This document shows positions 38,901 to 51,993 of a DNA stretch of 64,000 nt, in pieces. The notes below the pieces were generated by a model that saw only the letters and a list, made by a program, of their open reading frames with translations, ran no database searches and was not told the DNA's origin. Both the position numbers and the translations under genes were made by a program. Numbering within the stretch: the stretch's first letter is position 1; each line of letters begins with the position of its first letter. Origin of the DNA: Acanthaster planci (Eukaryota); contig NW_019091355.1 in assembly GCF_001949145.1 (NCBI RefSeq), positions 3,640,646 to 3,704,645 on the forward strand, given 5' to 3'.

Positions 38901-40050
38901 TTATAAGGAACAGATCTCTCTTTTGAAGCATACTGGTGACCTCGCCAACAGTTTTCGTCAAAAGCTGTTAGCACATTAAAAGAATTGTATCTACATAATT
39001 TTTACTTGGTGGATAACTCCTGCTCAAAACAATCTTATCTTACAAATGGCACGGTGGCAAAGGTGAATCTTTAGGATCAAATTTTTTACAGGATTCAAAC
39101 TTCACTATGTACACATACATGTACATGTACAATTCAAAGAGTTGAAGCTGAAAATATCAAGATCACCTCGAGGTCCGGCAAATTTGCACTCAAGTTGTCA
39201 ATCTTGGATTACTTTCATAGTTCCTGATACTGGCTGGGAGTTTTTTAAAGAGTAGAGAAGACACCACGACCACTGAGGGTGAGACACTGATTCAAACTAC
39301 ATGCACTTGGAACTGAAGACTTAAAGAGTTTGATGGAGGAGACCTGCATTAAGGATGATTGCTGTCTGGCCTTGTATTTTCTTTTGATCAATATGAAGAA
39401 AACCAACAACGTTGAGAATGCTCTGGTTTTCCTCCCACACAAAAAGTGATCGCAGTCTCAGTGAGATTGATCTCGCTATCTTCAAAGTGCTTCCCCACGT
39501 GGTGGTTTCGGGTTTTAAAAAACGATAAAATTCCATGTTAACCTAATTGCATCTCGGAAATCACGATGAACCTTATATGCTCTGGAATTTGGCAACCACC
39601 ACATGCACAGAGCAACACGGAAAAAGTTGATAAAAACTGAAGCCTCTAACACTTAAGAAGAAAAAAAAGAGAGATGAAGAAAGAGAGAAAGAGAGAGAGA
39701 AGTGATCAAGAATTAAACCTGGTAAATTTGAAATCTTTCAAGCTGCGGCCGTAATGGATAATCCAGGGAATCACTGGTGACAAGCACCAGTCCAGCGATG
39801 CACTTTCCCTATCCGTACCGTGTGTCTTAATTGACTTGCCAGCAGGGGCATCACACTATTTTTCTTCATCATCATCATCGTCGTCATGGTCGTCATCGTC
39901 CCCCCTCTATCTGGTTGCACTTAAAACGAAGAACCCAAGCGCACTCTCTCTACGGCATCTTAAGCACAGACTCATTATTAAGACAAGTCCAAGGTCGTGC
40001 GCTCTTCATCTGAAAGCCGACCCTCCGTGAGTGGCGGTGCATGCTCCCCG

Positions 40051-40096
40051 TTTTTTTTTTTTTTTTTTTTTTGGGGGNCCCTGTTTTTTTTTTTTT
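40051..40096. other. Poly-T tracts around an ambiguous base (N at 40078); probable assembly join
   Basis: cccc-g-T22-ggggg-N-ccc-tg-Tn; the duplicated ccc..Tn pattern on both sides of an N. Confidence 0.6.
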
Positions 40097-41043
40097 CTTT
40101 CAGGGGGAAGACGATTGACGAGGGGCAAATTCCCACAGAAGCCTGGTCCGATCATGCCAACTCATAGGTTTTCCAATATAAATAGCGAGCCATCTCACTG
40201 AGATCATGTGTAAATCCGTTTAGCAGAGAGTTGTCCGGTGTGGCTACAGAATTCCCTCTATACTGGTGATCAACTGGAGAATGTATCAGCTCAGGAATTT
40301 TTTTTTTCCTGTTTTTGCTTCACATTTTTTCCTTCTTCATAAAGGGATTGGGTGGGTACCGACAGTACATCCAACCTCTTCTGGTGGATAAGGTTGGGCC
40401 CGCCGATAGACGGAACAGGCAGGGAGGGGGGAAAAAAAGCATTGATGAAGTCACGTCTGCTGCTGTTACTTGATATTAAAACTCTGGAATTAAACATTAA
40501 GCTTGCAAACAAGACTGAGCAAACAATCCAGGCCTACCAATCGCAGCTGAAATGAGTATTTCTTAATGAGTAGGGTCCGTTCTTGTGGCCTTCGTGACAA
40601 ACCAATGAAATGAACAAACAGCTTTCAAGTGGAACAGCAGGGCTTCCCGGTTAGTTTGATTCTAATTCACTCTTGGAAATTCTTCCAGTCCACAGTTTGT
40701 CCTGCCCGGTGCATTTAAATTGCCTTTATATAAACACAAATCTCTTCTTGTATGCGCCAAAATTATATTTAATGCGGGTATGTTGCTTTCTCAATATTCA
40801 ATGTAAGCAACTCACCAAATTCTAGGGAGTTAAGTACAACTCTAATTTAGCCCCTCTCAAGGAAGAGATATTTTTTCTTTTCTCAATCAGAAATTTCACA
40901 CACAAATCTTTCCATGGGCGGGGAAATTGTGGCTACCATCTTTGTTTGAAACACCTCCAGGAAGACACGGTCAATTTTATGTGAAAGACAATTTTACCCA
41001 AAAGTACCGTACATGAGAACAGCACATAAATTGTCACCAACGC

Positions 41044-41191
41044 CACGAAGTAGCATTCAACTGCTCTTATGTGCTACTTTGTGAAAACTGTTTACAGCAA
41101 TTTCGGTTTCACAAAGTAGCACTCAAGTGTAAATGCGCACATCGTACACTGATGCATAATCCAACGATTTTTGTTTTCACGAAGTAGCACT
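41044..41191. repeat. Cluster of (tttt)cac(g/a)aagtagca(c) motifs, three direct and one inverted; remnant of a repeat element
   Basis: cacgaagtagcatt (~41044), inverted gtgctactttgtgaaaac (41071), tttcacaaagtagcac (~41107), ttttcacgaagtagcac (~41174). Confidence 0.65.
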
Positions 41192-42475
41192 TGTGTGTTT
41201 TGTCACTATAGCATGGAGCATCAAATGTAACAGAAACTGAATATGAAAAAGGTACATATGATAAGTAACACAATTATTTGCTTAAATCGGTTACCAGCCC
41301 AAACTATAGCTGTAGCGAATTACTGGAAATGTCTCAGTGGTTCCCAGCTTATCCGTTCATTGCAGGTAGATTTTTCTGGGTATATTTTTGGCATGTTAAT
41401 TGTCCTGGTTAAACGTCTCAGTTCACAATGATTTCGGTTTGAAGTCAACTCAACCGACGTCAATAACCCCTAAACCTCAACAGCCGGGATCAAGACAGCG
41501 ATATTCCATCAATCAATACCACAGGCAATGCTTATAGGGCTATGAATATTTCTCCACAACCTGAAAAGCAACAGTTTAGAATACCACTAGGCACGGTCGT
41601 CGAAAGCATCAAGCTTAACAATAGCCAAAAAATATCTGTCAAACAGAAAAGAGAAACATGTTACAACTTTGGGAATGTACCGGTTTGGGAGATTTAGGTT
41701 TGAATTTTGTGGATGATCAAGACATTTTATATGTACAAACAGCAATGCTGTTTATTTCTATTTATTTATATTTACATTTTGAAAAAAATTGTTTGAATTG
41801 TAATTTTTATTGTTCAGTTTATCTTTTCAGGGATGGAGTGAGGCTTACTCAAAAGTCAGGACCCCCACCTTTTGAACTGCACTTGAACCAGGCGAAAAGG
41901 CTTCAGAAGACAGGGACGAAAATGAAGAAATAAAACGTAAAACGTGTCAGGGACACATGTCCAAAGATAAATGAGTTTGGTCATTACTGGGTCTAAACCT
42001 CCTCCCTAGCCTATTAAGCAGTTGGGGGCACTCCTGGCCCGGGACAACAGCTCCGGAATTGATAGAGGCGAATAAATCAAGCCGGTCCGTGTGGCTCCTG
42101 ACAGACTAGAGTGACTCTTGGATTGCCTTACCCCTCTTCCCTCCAAGACCATAACAGTCCAGAGCTACCCCAATGGCCTACTGACAAAAGGGGCTGGTAG
42201 TTTGTGAAGAGATCTAATAACAAATCAGAAATCAGTATCCCGGTAGAGTACCTAGATCTGAGTCCAACAGAATCTAATCGTGGCGAGTGTGGAGTCTGCA
42301 ACATGTCCACTAAAATCAAACAGGTCTACATGCAGCCTGGGAAAGATTGAACTTTCTGCCCTAAAAGGGGAATCTGGCAGAATCTACCTTCGACAGGACA
42401 TCGTTGGATTCAGCATAGTAGACAGCAAAACATTTAAGGACGTTCTCCGTTTTTTTTTCCTCCTGGCTCATCCTA

Positions 42476-44328
42476 AGCTAGGTTTACACTATGTTCCTGG
42501 TGGCCACGGCAATCACGTTTCTGGCCACTGTGGACAAAAACGATATGGACACGAGACAACATGGGGGAAGGGATGGACAAACGTGACAGTCCATGATTGC
42601 CGTGGATGCCGGGCCAGATTTTCAACAATTTTGGCACGGCAATCGAGGTGCGGATGAGACACCTAGAAGGCTGTAGTAAAACGGGTTGAATGCAACAAAA
42701 CATGACAGTACGTGATGCAGGGGTGTGATTTGGGATAAATGAAAAATCCACAAAACATTCGTCGGAGGGTTTTGCAAGTTGCGTCGGCCACAGCTTCCCT
42801 ACAATTCACGGCATATCTATTTGATCATAGGAGGAGATTCAGGTACTACGTGTAAGCCACCACAAGAGCTGTTCTTACTTGGATACAATTATAACATTTA
42901 CTGCAACAAAACCCTTGTCCTCATTCACTTCAATTACAATTATACATGTAAGCTATAATTGGTGACAATCAAAGACCAAGAAGTGTAACACACATACACA
43001 CGCAGTTATCAGTGATCCACAAAATTCTATCACAATTTATTAAAACTGAAAACTGTCTCATACAGATGAGTACTGCATTACTTGTGAAACCACATGCACT
43101 TGCAGTACCCAGGTTTGTCGATTTTCACGAGAAAGTCACGATAACATATCGATTTCCCCTAGGTTAATTCTCTGTCCACCTCAGTTTCCAGCCAAGAACA
43201 TTTCCAAGAATTCTTGAATCCTTTGTCTACATTCAGATCCCCTTCCCTACCTACTACCTTGTATGACATTTTTGACGGACGTCGACAACATTAGACCACT
43301 ACGAGAACGACACAAAACGCAATGGCAGACGGACGCAAGTTGTACACAGTGCATGCAATGACAACACGTGTACCGTGCATACAAACAGACGAACGTACAG
43401 TACATGTACATACCCACAACAATCATACCGCTGGCCTGCGTCCCTTTGTTTTAACAATGAAACCCCCTCTGTTCACTGTACTATTACCTGTGTATCTGGC
43501 ACATTTCCAGGGGGAGTAACAATGCAAAAGTGCATGCTATACACCTAAACTTGTGCAAGTCTTTCGCTTAGTTTCGCACCAAATATTGTTGTCTTTGCAT
43601 TACATATTGAAAGCATTGACAATACGGAAATCCGGAAAGTCTCAAAGAAATTCCAGATAGTCTCACAGAACTTCCGGAAATCCAGAAAAATCCGGACAAA
43701 TGACACCCCTGGTGATGGGCTGTAACAAAACTTGGAGACGGTCCGTGGTGGGACGGGAAGCATGTGCATTCCCCAGCATCTCACAGTCCTTTCAAGTTTT
43801 GTCGTGTTCTGCTGCGTTGAGTGGGTGTTTTGTCACGGTGGCTGCTCGTTTTGTCCCGTTTCGCCATGTCTTATCATGGTTCTCATGGCAAGCTCGCGTG
43901 TACGGTATCCATTTCGTCGCATTCAATCACGGCGCATCCAGATGTGTGGCGGTTTACAGGCCCAGTGCGATGCGGCGCGTTGCGTTCTACTGCAGTTTGA
44001 TATGGCGAGCGCGGTCTGGGATGGAGTATAAAAGCTGGGCCAGGCAGGGCAACTTCATGCAACATGATAAAAAAAACTACTTTTGAGCAATCAACTGAAG
44101 GCAATTTCAATAGCCCTGTCTATCACCTTCAGAAATGTGCGGACTTGGCTTATTACGTAATCCAAACATGATTTATATGGGCAGTACAACAGACCGTGAG
44201 AGAACTTAGCAGGACCTACCATAACAAAACTTGACTATGGAGAAAAAAATTGCCAACATCCCACAGCGCACTATGTTTCGGGCAAACGTCATTGTCGTGG
44301 CCACTGGGAACACAGTGTAAACCTAGCT
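42476..44328. mobile_element. ~1.85 kb non-autonomous PIF/Harbinger-like DNA transposon
   Basis: Left TIR agctaggtttacactatgttcctggtggccacggcaatcacgttt matches the reverse complement of the right end (agctaggtttacactgtgttcccagtggccacgacaatgacgttt). Flanks are CTA and TTA (TWA-like TSD). No transposase ORF recognised. Confidence 0.75.
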
Positions 44329-44944
44329 TTAGGATGCCAAAGCCAAAGACAAGAAGAGTCGATCAATTTTCCTTGCTTTCAGCTTTTCAACTCAAGTTCC
44401 CATGAAAAAAAACGACCTGTGTGCGGATGAAAACTGGTACACCCAACTCACATGCTGATTTGTTGGTGGACGCACCGTGCCATTCAAAAACTAACATCCA
44501 ACAAACAAAAATGTTCTACTCTCGGGATCAACAATAACGTCTGTGGGGAAAAGGTACATCAATTGAACATGCACTGGCAAATTCTTGTGACTGACGTGAG
44601 AAATTCACCTAGCACACATGCATGTAGTTCACTGGTGACAGAAGACGTAAGGTACTTCTGCAGCGCTCACAAAAATTGAAAGAACTGCACAATCAGTTAG
44701 GCAGACTTGAATTTAATTTCTGAAAGTCCTTGAGTCTGGGAACTATGCTCTAGTAACTCTCGTTTTCAATGAAAGAATTTTGATAAAAAAAAAAGCACAA
44801 CTCATACAGTGTTTGGTAGTCTTTGATATTATTGGTGGAACACAAATAATACAAGTACGGGCACTGCATGCTAGCCTTTTCTCAAACAATGTTTATTGTA
44901 CAGAGAAATGTGGAAGGGCTGCATAGCACCGTGATCAGAATATC

Positions 44945-45127
44945 GACAAGAATATAATATCAAATCAGTGCTCTGAAATATGTTATTGCCCAGCTTTCGG
45001 TAAATGAGTACCTTTCTTCAGGGCAAGCAGAACTGAACTGAATCTGCTTGCCCTAAGAAGGTACTCAGTTACCGAAAGCTCGGCAATCACATATTTCAGA
45101 GCACTGATTTGATATTATATTCTTGTC
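44945..45127. mobile_element. Near-perfect 183-bp palindrome (foldback/MITE)
   Basis: Arm gacaagaatataatatcaaatcagtgctctgaaatatg...gggcaagcag is mirrored by ctgcttgccc...catatttcagagcactgatttgatattatattcttgtc, with a short aactgaactgaa loop. No clear TSD. Confidence 0.88.
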
Positions 45128-48100
45128 AGTGCTTATTGTACGATGTACGTCCGTGTACTGTATGTTTACATGCATGGGTATTTTCCTCATTTGAGGATAC
45201 CGTTAAAACCAAGCCTTTCTCCACTGGGATCCACTGAGAGGTGGGGGGGGGGAATCTCAGCAGGTCCAGGAATATGGATTGGTGTCCCTGATACAAAGAA
45301 CGTTTCCTGTGTCATGGAGGACTTTGCAGGATGCAAACTGGCAAATACATGCAGAAATGTGCCTGGGAAGTTTAAGAGGACTTCAATATGGGCACAAGAA
45401 ATACAACACATTCATGCATCATATCACAAGCACTTGACTCCAGCTGAAACTCAATCTTTTGTTCCAGTGAGTACATGTATGAGATATCGATGACTGGAAA
45501 AGACGTAACCAACAAGGGACTGCTAATGATATTCATGAAACCAATGCATGTTATGCATATTCATTATCACATAAATGCAGTGAGATATGAGGGATGATGC
45601 CATCTGAGCAGGAAAACAAAAATATATTAAAAAAAAAGTGAACAAAATGAGGGCGATTGCTGATAGGCCTGATCTCATTTGTGTGTTTACATTCTACTGA
45701 AGGGGGAGAAACGTTTACCGAGAGTTTAGGGGGGGGAGGGAATGGTTCCCGGGCCTAACTACCCTGAAAGCCTCCCTCCACGTGTTATTACTGCGAGGGG
45801 TCGGGGAGCGTTAAATAAACCCCAGCGCGGAAGGCATTAGGCCCTAATTGCTAATAGGACCTGATTAAACCTGGCATGGATCTGGCCGAGTGTAAATACT
45901 GCCCGAGTGTGTAGGGGGGAGACACACACCAAAAAAAAAAAAAAAAGCACGGCAGTGGTGAGACAGTTGGGCTTCTGCAGCACGGCACTGGGGCCCGGGC
46001 CCAGAAGACACTTGGTAAGAGAGAGGCAGGGAGAAGAGATGCAGAAAAGGGAGGGGGAAAAAATCACAAAAAAACAATTGAGCTCCTGAGAGCTTCTGTA
46101 ATTGAAATTCCAAGACTGTTGCAATGAAAACAGGCGTATACAGTGGATGTGGAAACGACGGAATCCTGAAGTATATTGTTTCTGTCTGAGTCGGTCCATG
46201 TCGACATTCGCTCTTGGCTTGCGACACAGTTTTTCAAGTACAATCACATGCCTCGCAGTTTTCACGTACTAAGTTCGCATTCAGTACTCCTGAAGTACTG
46301 GAATAAAGCAGCTATAGTTTTCAGAATATCTGAACACGCATTTCCAGTACTGACTAGGAATAAGGACGTATTACAGGTACCGGTATGTGTGATAAGGCCA
46401 AAAGACATAGTTCTGTTTCTGATTACATGCCCCTCAAAAATAGGGTTGGTAGGTTGGAAAACTTTGGGGGGGGATCAATTTTTTGGTGCTGATTTAATGG
46501 CATGAATGGGGACGAAAACTTCCAAAAATTGTCACATAAAGTGATAATAACTGGCATTAATCTATGTAGAATTTCTGCAAAAGACAATTCAAAAGAATTA
46601 TGAACAATTCACACAATGCTAGTCAGGTAATCATGATGGCAAACCGGCCAACAATGTCCATTTATCGCGTAGTAAGCATGCGTGATGCATCCAGACAGGC
46701 TGGCGATAAACCTCATACCACGGCAGGAAATTTTGTGGAAACGCGCTCGTTTCAAGCTTCAAAACAACATCAATTAAACTCATGAACAAAGCAAATACAT
46801 AGACAAGAGACCAAGTTCTGTGAGTTAACTTGCAGAAATCTTCCAGCAACATCAATGTTTTTTTTCAACCTGCCATTGTAAGGTTGCATGCGTGTACAGC
46901 TGACGTAGTGTAACAAGGCTAGTTTGACCGGGGCGTATAGACTGGTTGCCACATTTCCATCACGCATTCTTTTGCAAAGGTGCAGTGCGGCGGGAACCAG
47001 TGCAGCGATGCTGTAATGCATTGAGCTTTACGTACATGCTTTCACTACTGTGACAGCGAAATGCGAAGGGAACTTGTGGAAATAACGGAAGTTTCTTTTC
47101 AAACATTGCAAATGTAAGTAGGAAAACATTACAAAATCAAGCATTTTAATGTGGAATAAGGTTGATGAAAGGTGTTTTGTGAAGACAGAAAAGACAGCAG
47201 GATCTATTTATTTATTACGTTTTTAAATTTATTTTTCTAACTTGCTGAAAAAATTTTAGGGTTGCTTTGAAAGATTAGGGTGAGTCGGGAAACGGAAGGC
47301 AGAAATTTTTTGGGGAGGGGGCCAAAGTAATGTCTTGAAGCTCGTCATCCTTGTTTTGAGGAAACTTTTAGTTAAATATCTGACTGTCCTACCACTCTTA
47401 GCAAGACAACTTGAAAATCTTGAGGTTTTTAGAGGGATGGCAAGGCAATGTCGCTAGCTTCCAGAGATCCTGGGATGGTCCCCTCCCACTTGGAGATGTC
47501 TAAAAGGACTAGGGATAGCCATCGAGGCTTGCCAAGGCTACACTCCTCTCCTGACAGACCCACTTCTGATGGAGATTGCCGTTCACGGTCAGTGGTAACG
47601 CTAGCATCTCTTCAATCCCAACGCGAGTCGTTTCCGAAATGTTCACAAGATTGTCTTCATCGAGCATCCACTGCTCTCTTTTTTTTTTTTTAATTCTTCC
47701 CCGAGCGAAAGGCAGCAGCGTGAAACTTAAGACGTTTAGGTCGGCCGTCTCAGTCAAGACTCCTGATGATACCGCGACTGATGGTGCTTGTGCACTTGAG
47801 AGAACCATCGCCACAGCCTCAAGTAGCAAAGTGTGTAATTCAGTATCCAACAGCAGGGCGGCTGAGTGTATGCAGTGTAACAGCAAATAGCCATCAACTA
47901 CAAGCAGTAAAATACTGACCACCTCTGAAACCACCCCCCCCAACCACCAACAATGCGGGCCTTCTGCGGCTTCCTGTCAGTCTGTCTGTCGGCTGAGGAG
48001 ACCGGCCCAGAGTCTAGACCTGGGGGGGGGGGAAACGGGCAGAGAGGTTATGATTCCACCCTCCTTGAGGAATTCAGAGGCACCAACAATAGTCTCTGCG

Positions 48101-51100
48101 GATCCTGCCAGTTCATGAACCCTGCACACATGTGAATTCAAGATGGCCGAGCAAGAAAACAAAACTCGGTGATTATTATTCAAGGATTGCTAAAGCAGCA
48201 ACTTATTTTTACAGCATACTCTGGTACAAATGAACATTTTCATTTGCCGGTTTTCACCATGAAGAAAAATAACTGATGATTAACTATCCATAAAAGCTTC
48301 AAGTCTTTCTACCCACAAAAAGTCGTATGACTGACTACTTCAAGAATGCTCACTGGACAGACTGGTCTCAGAATCACTTCCTCAAAGTTTGCCGTGGTGT
48401 GGTGTCTATTTTTTGTGAACGAAGCCCAAATTACCACAGACTCCAGTGCGCAACAATCAATTGACTGTGCTGCTAATTTTTGCCGAGATTCCAGGCAGAG
48501 TATTTTCCAGAGATCTGATTTCTTTTTATCCCTCCTATCACCTGTCACTCTGCACTATGCAGAAGGGAACGTAAAGGCCAAAATCTGGGGGGGGGGAACT
48601 TAACCCTGACAACAAAGTTCAAGGAAACACAAGGATAATTTTTGTAGCGGTTCGCTGATGAGCTTACCAGACTTAGACAAATTTTTGGGGGAGGGGGCAG
48701 GAACCAAGCAAATGATTCGTAATGGGCTGGAGTTCAAGCAAAGTAGTCCATGAAGAAAGAACAGATCCAGCCATAAGTATCTGGCCAGCAAGATTCAGTT
48801 GGGAACATTTACACGGAGTTGTCCTAGAAATGCTATACACGTACAGTATGTGTACTTCGGAAACCAGTTCATTCTAACACAAGTACAATGTAGGAGCAAT
48901 ATGAGGCTGAATGAAAGGAGAAAAAAAAAATAATGGGTGCTTTCAAATCTGGAATTGCGGTTAGTTCAGTTCTGGTAGATTTTATAATCTCTGTGCGGTT
49001 CTTAATCACAAAGTGTAATGAACACCACCTGGCAACCAAATGAGCATTCGGCGTTTGCTCAAGCCGAGGAATTATTGAGCTTGCAATCAAGTCTCTGTTC
49101 AGTTACGGTACATCTAAACTGTCCATGGCTCACATGCACGTAAAACCTTGCAGGTTATAAAGCACTATGCCACTTAAACCCCATTACAGCATGAGCAAGT
49201 TGTGTTTTTGTTTGGAGGAGAAAATTTAATGTGATTGTTCAAAGTTACAGAAGTTGCAATTACTGCCCAAAATTCTACTGCAGGTGCATCTTCTACCGCA
49301 GGTGCATATTCTTGGCAAGCATTTCCCCTTAAGCAGTATTACAAAATTAGCATTTTGGGAGAAAGGAAACTGCCTACTAGTTTATCTACATGCATTAAGT
49401 GAAAGTTACAGGTCAAGAAAACACTAAACTTTTCTGAGCTCTCAGAACGATTCAGCCACTTGTTTGTAAGGGCCGTGTAAAAAGAACCCCAAAATATACT
49501 TTTCCTAAAAACAAAACAAAAATACAAATTCGGATGTACAGGCACCAGGAATACATGACTAATTAGATTTCAGGTTGGAAGTTTTGAATTTATGTAAATT
49601 AAACGCTATTCAAAAGCAGTTTTCAGGTGGTACCCCTTCTAAATTGTGATTTACACCACCATACCTGCCAAGTTGTCAGTCATGATCCCCTCAGAACGAT
49701 ATTTTAACCACCTCGCTAATGGTGGCAGCAAAATGAAACGGTTACAAAAACTAACATCATTTTTAAAAAATACATGACAGTAAGTCACGCTTAGTATGAG
49801 TCAGGAAATAGATTTTATTTGCTAACAGGTGAAACTCATTCCTGTTGTGGAAGAAAATGAGGGTCTTTGATTGTCCACTCAGTACAATACAAGGGTACAG
49901 TGACATGTACATGTACATGTATGTATTAAGTATGATCAGAATTTGTGCCATAGTACGCAAGAATCTCAGTGTTGTTTTATGTATACTTATACTCAAGAAC
50001 TCTTTTGGTATTCAAACTCAAGAAAATGAGTACTTTACTCACAGTCACACTCATACAAGAAGTGAAAATTCCATGTACTCGTGCAAAAGTACATGCACCT
50101 GTGTGTTAGACAATGCTGTATCTACTGTACGTGTACATGTAAACGCACAAGAAAAATTCAACTGTCAAAGTTAGTGCTGGAAAAGTCCAGTGCCTTTGCC
50201 CAGCTCCCAGCTGCCAAAAAAATAAGTGGTAAGAATTTTTCCACTGCCCCTTTTTGCCACCTTTTAAGCTACTCTACACCTTCTCCCCTTGCGTCTTTGA
50301 TCGCTTCCACAGGGCCTCGCGTGTGTACCAAACAGCCCAACTATTCCAGCTATGTTTTGTCAATGTAGGGTTTGTTTATCGCTGAACCTAGGAGGATCTG
50401 GCCGACGAGCACGAGAACTTTCATCACGCTCCACGTCCAATGATGTGACAGATTTACATGTATTTATTTGAAGTTTTTCTCAGTGCAAGTATTATTTATT
50501 GACGGCAGATTTACAACCTCTTCAATGTACTCGTGTGCTGATTTCTGCAAGGTTAAGAGGAATAATAAATACATGTAGAGGAAACGTTCGTGAAAAAAAG
50601 AGTGATCGAAACAGATGACAAACGAATGTACATCATCTGATGTAAAGTTCACCCCAAAACCTTCAACAGAACACTGGAAAAGTGATTCATAGACATAAAT
50701 GGTTTTTATTCTAACAACTTGGCTGAAGCCATTGGACATATCCCCCCAAATTGGTTAAGATGTAGTGTACCACTCTCTCTGTAGACAAGTTAAGCTATTC
50801 TTTCCCCTTTTTTGTTTTCAATCTGAGAGTGCAGAGTGCAGGTTCTGGTATTTTGACTGGATGATCCTGTAGAGGTGTACATGTACACTCTCCGTGAAGA
50901 ACAACATGTATCCCGGTAAACGTCTGTGCAAATCATATAAAAATCCAAAACAATCCAATGGACTGCTAAATTCAACACCACCAATTGGTCAGTCAGGCTG
51001 CCCGTTGCCGTGGCAACAATCAATCAGCCCCTGTGAAGTCTTGGCACCTGGGACAAATCTCCCCTGCAAAGTCATCAATCCATTAATGTGGCTGACCCGC

Positions 51101-51192
51101 CATTGTTCAGAGGAAATCTTTCCCCATCCGTTGCCAGTATTGCTGCCACTGATGGTGGCCAGGCAGAGGTGGCAGAGTGGACGGTGTGTAAA

Positions 51193-51439
51193 CAGCCCCG
51201 GTCACTGACCCCGGCCTAGATTAAGTCTTTTCTCTGCGTGGTCAATGCCAGTCAGAGCGGTTTTTCTTCTGAAGGGCCAACAATGCAAAGAATGACACAT
51301 CATGTGCAAGAATGCAGCCCACAATGAAGTGTGCTGTATTTGAAAGGACGATTTCAACGAAACATTATGCAACTGTTTGAGAATACAGGGTATGTGGATT
51401 GTCACATTTCTCTTTCACATGTAACAGTGACCGGGGCTG
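51193..51439. mobile_element. Candidate MITE with perfect 15-bp TIR CAGCCCCGGTCACTG
   Basis: 51193-51207 cagccccggtcactg and 51425-51439 cagtgaccggggctg are exact reverse complements. Flanks gtaaa and gtaat may be a 5-bp TSD with one mismatch. Confidence 0.65.
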
Positions 51440-51805
51440 GTAATTAGCATTATAATGTTGCTTGAACCCTTATGACCCAGAATCCATAGATCAGAATCTG
51501 CCTGTTTACTGCATGAAGTAAGGAATGTTCTAAATTATCTACTTTCACTCAATGGACAAGGGCTACAAGGTAGCTGTTCCCTTGTGTTCAAAACCTCCAC
51601 CCGGAGCATTTTTAGCTACAAAGCTCCTTGAATCCTCCAAAGTCCAACAGGGTGCAGGAATCCCCCCCCCCAACAGTTTGTGTACTAAAACTTTCATGGG
51701 GCTTCAATTCAAGTCCAAGGTCCAACAACGATTTCATAGTCCTCCCCAAAACCCCAGGGGATCATAAAGAATGGGGGAGAAAGAATTAGGTACTGATAGC
51801 ACTAA

Positions 51806-51993
51806 AGGCCAATTTTCATAGAGCTTCTTGGCAAAAAATCTTGCAAAAATTCTATGTATCTCATACAATTTGCAGAGCAACAGTCACAAGAAATAATGTA
51901 CCACAACTTTTGGGCTGGTAACCTGTTCATGCTTAAATATTTTTCCACTCTTAGTAAATTTCTCGGCTAAGAGTCTGCAGGAAATTATGGCCT
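51806..51993. mobile_element. Decayed MITE-like repeat (aggcc.aatttc ... gaaatt..ggcct)
   Basis: Degenerate terminal inverted repeats. The internal 15-mer tttgggctggtaacc (51909-51923) recurs inverted at 41289-41303, indicating a dispersed family. Confidence 0.45.

Noticed and set aside
39855..39905. Poly-Asp, poly-His or poly-Ser coding stretch
   Set aside because: An imperfect (TCA/TCG)n microsatellite bounded by stops in the sense Asp frame; no supported exon structure.
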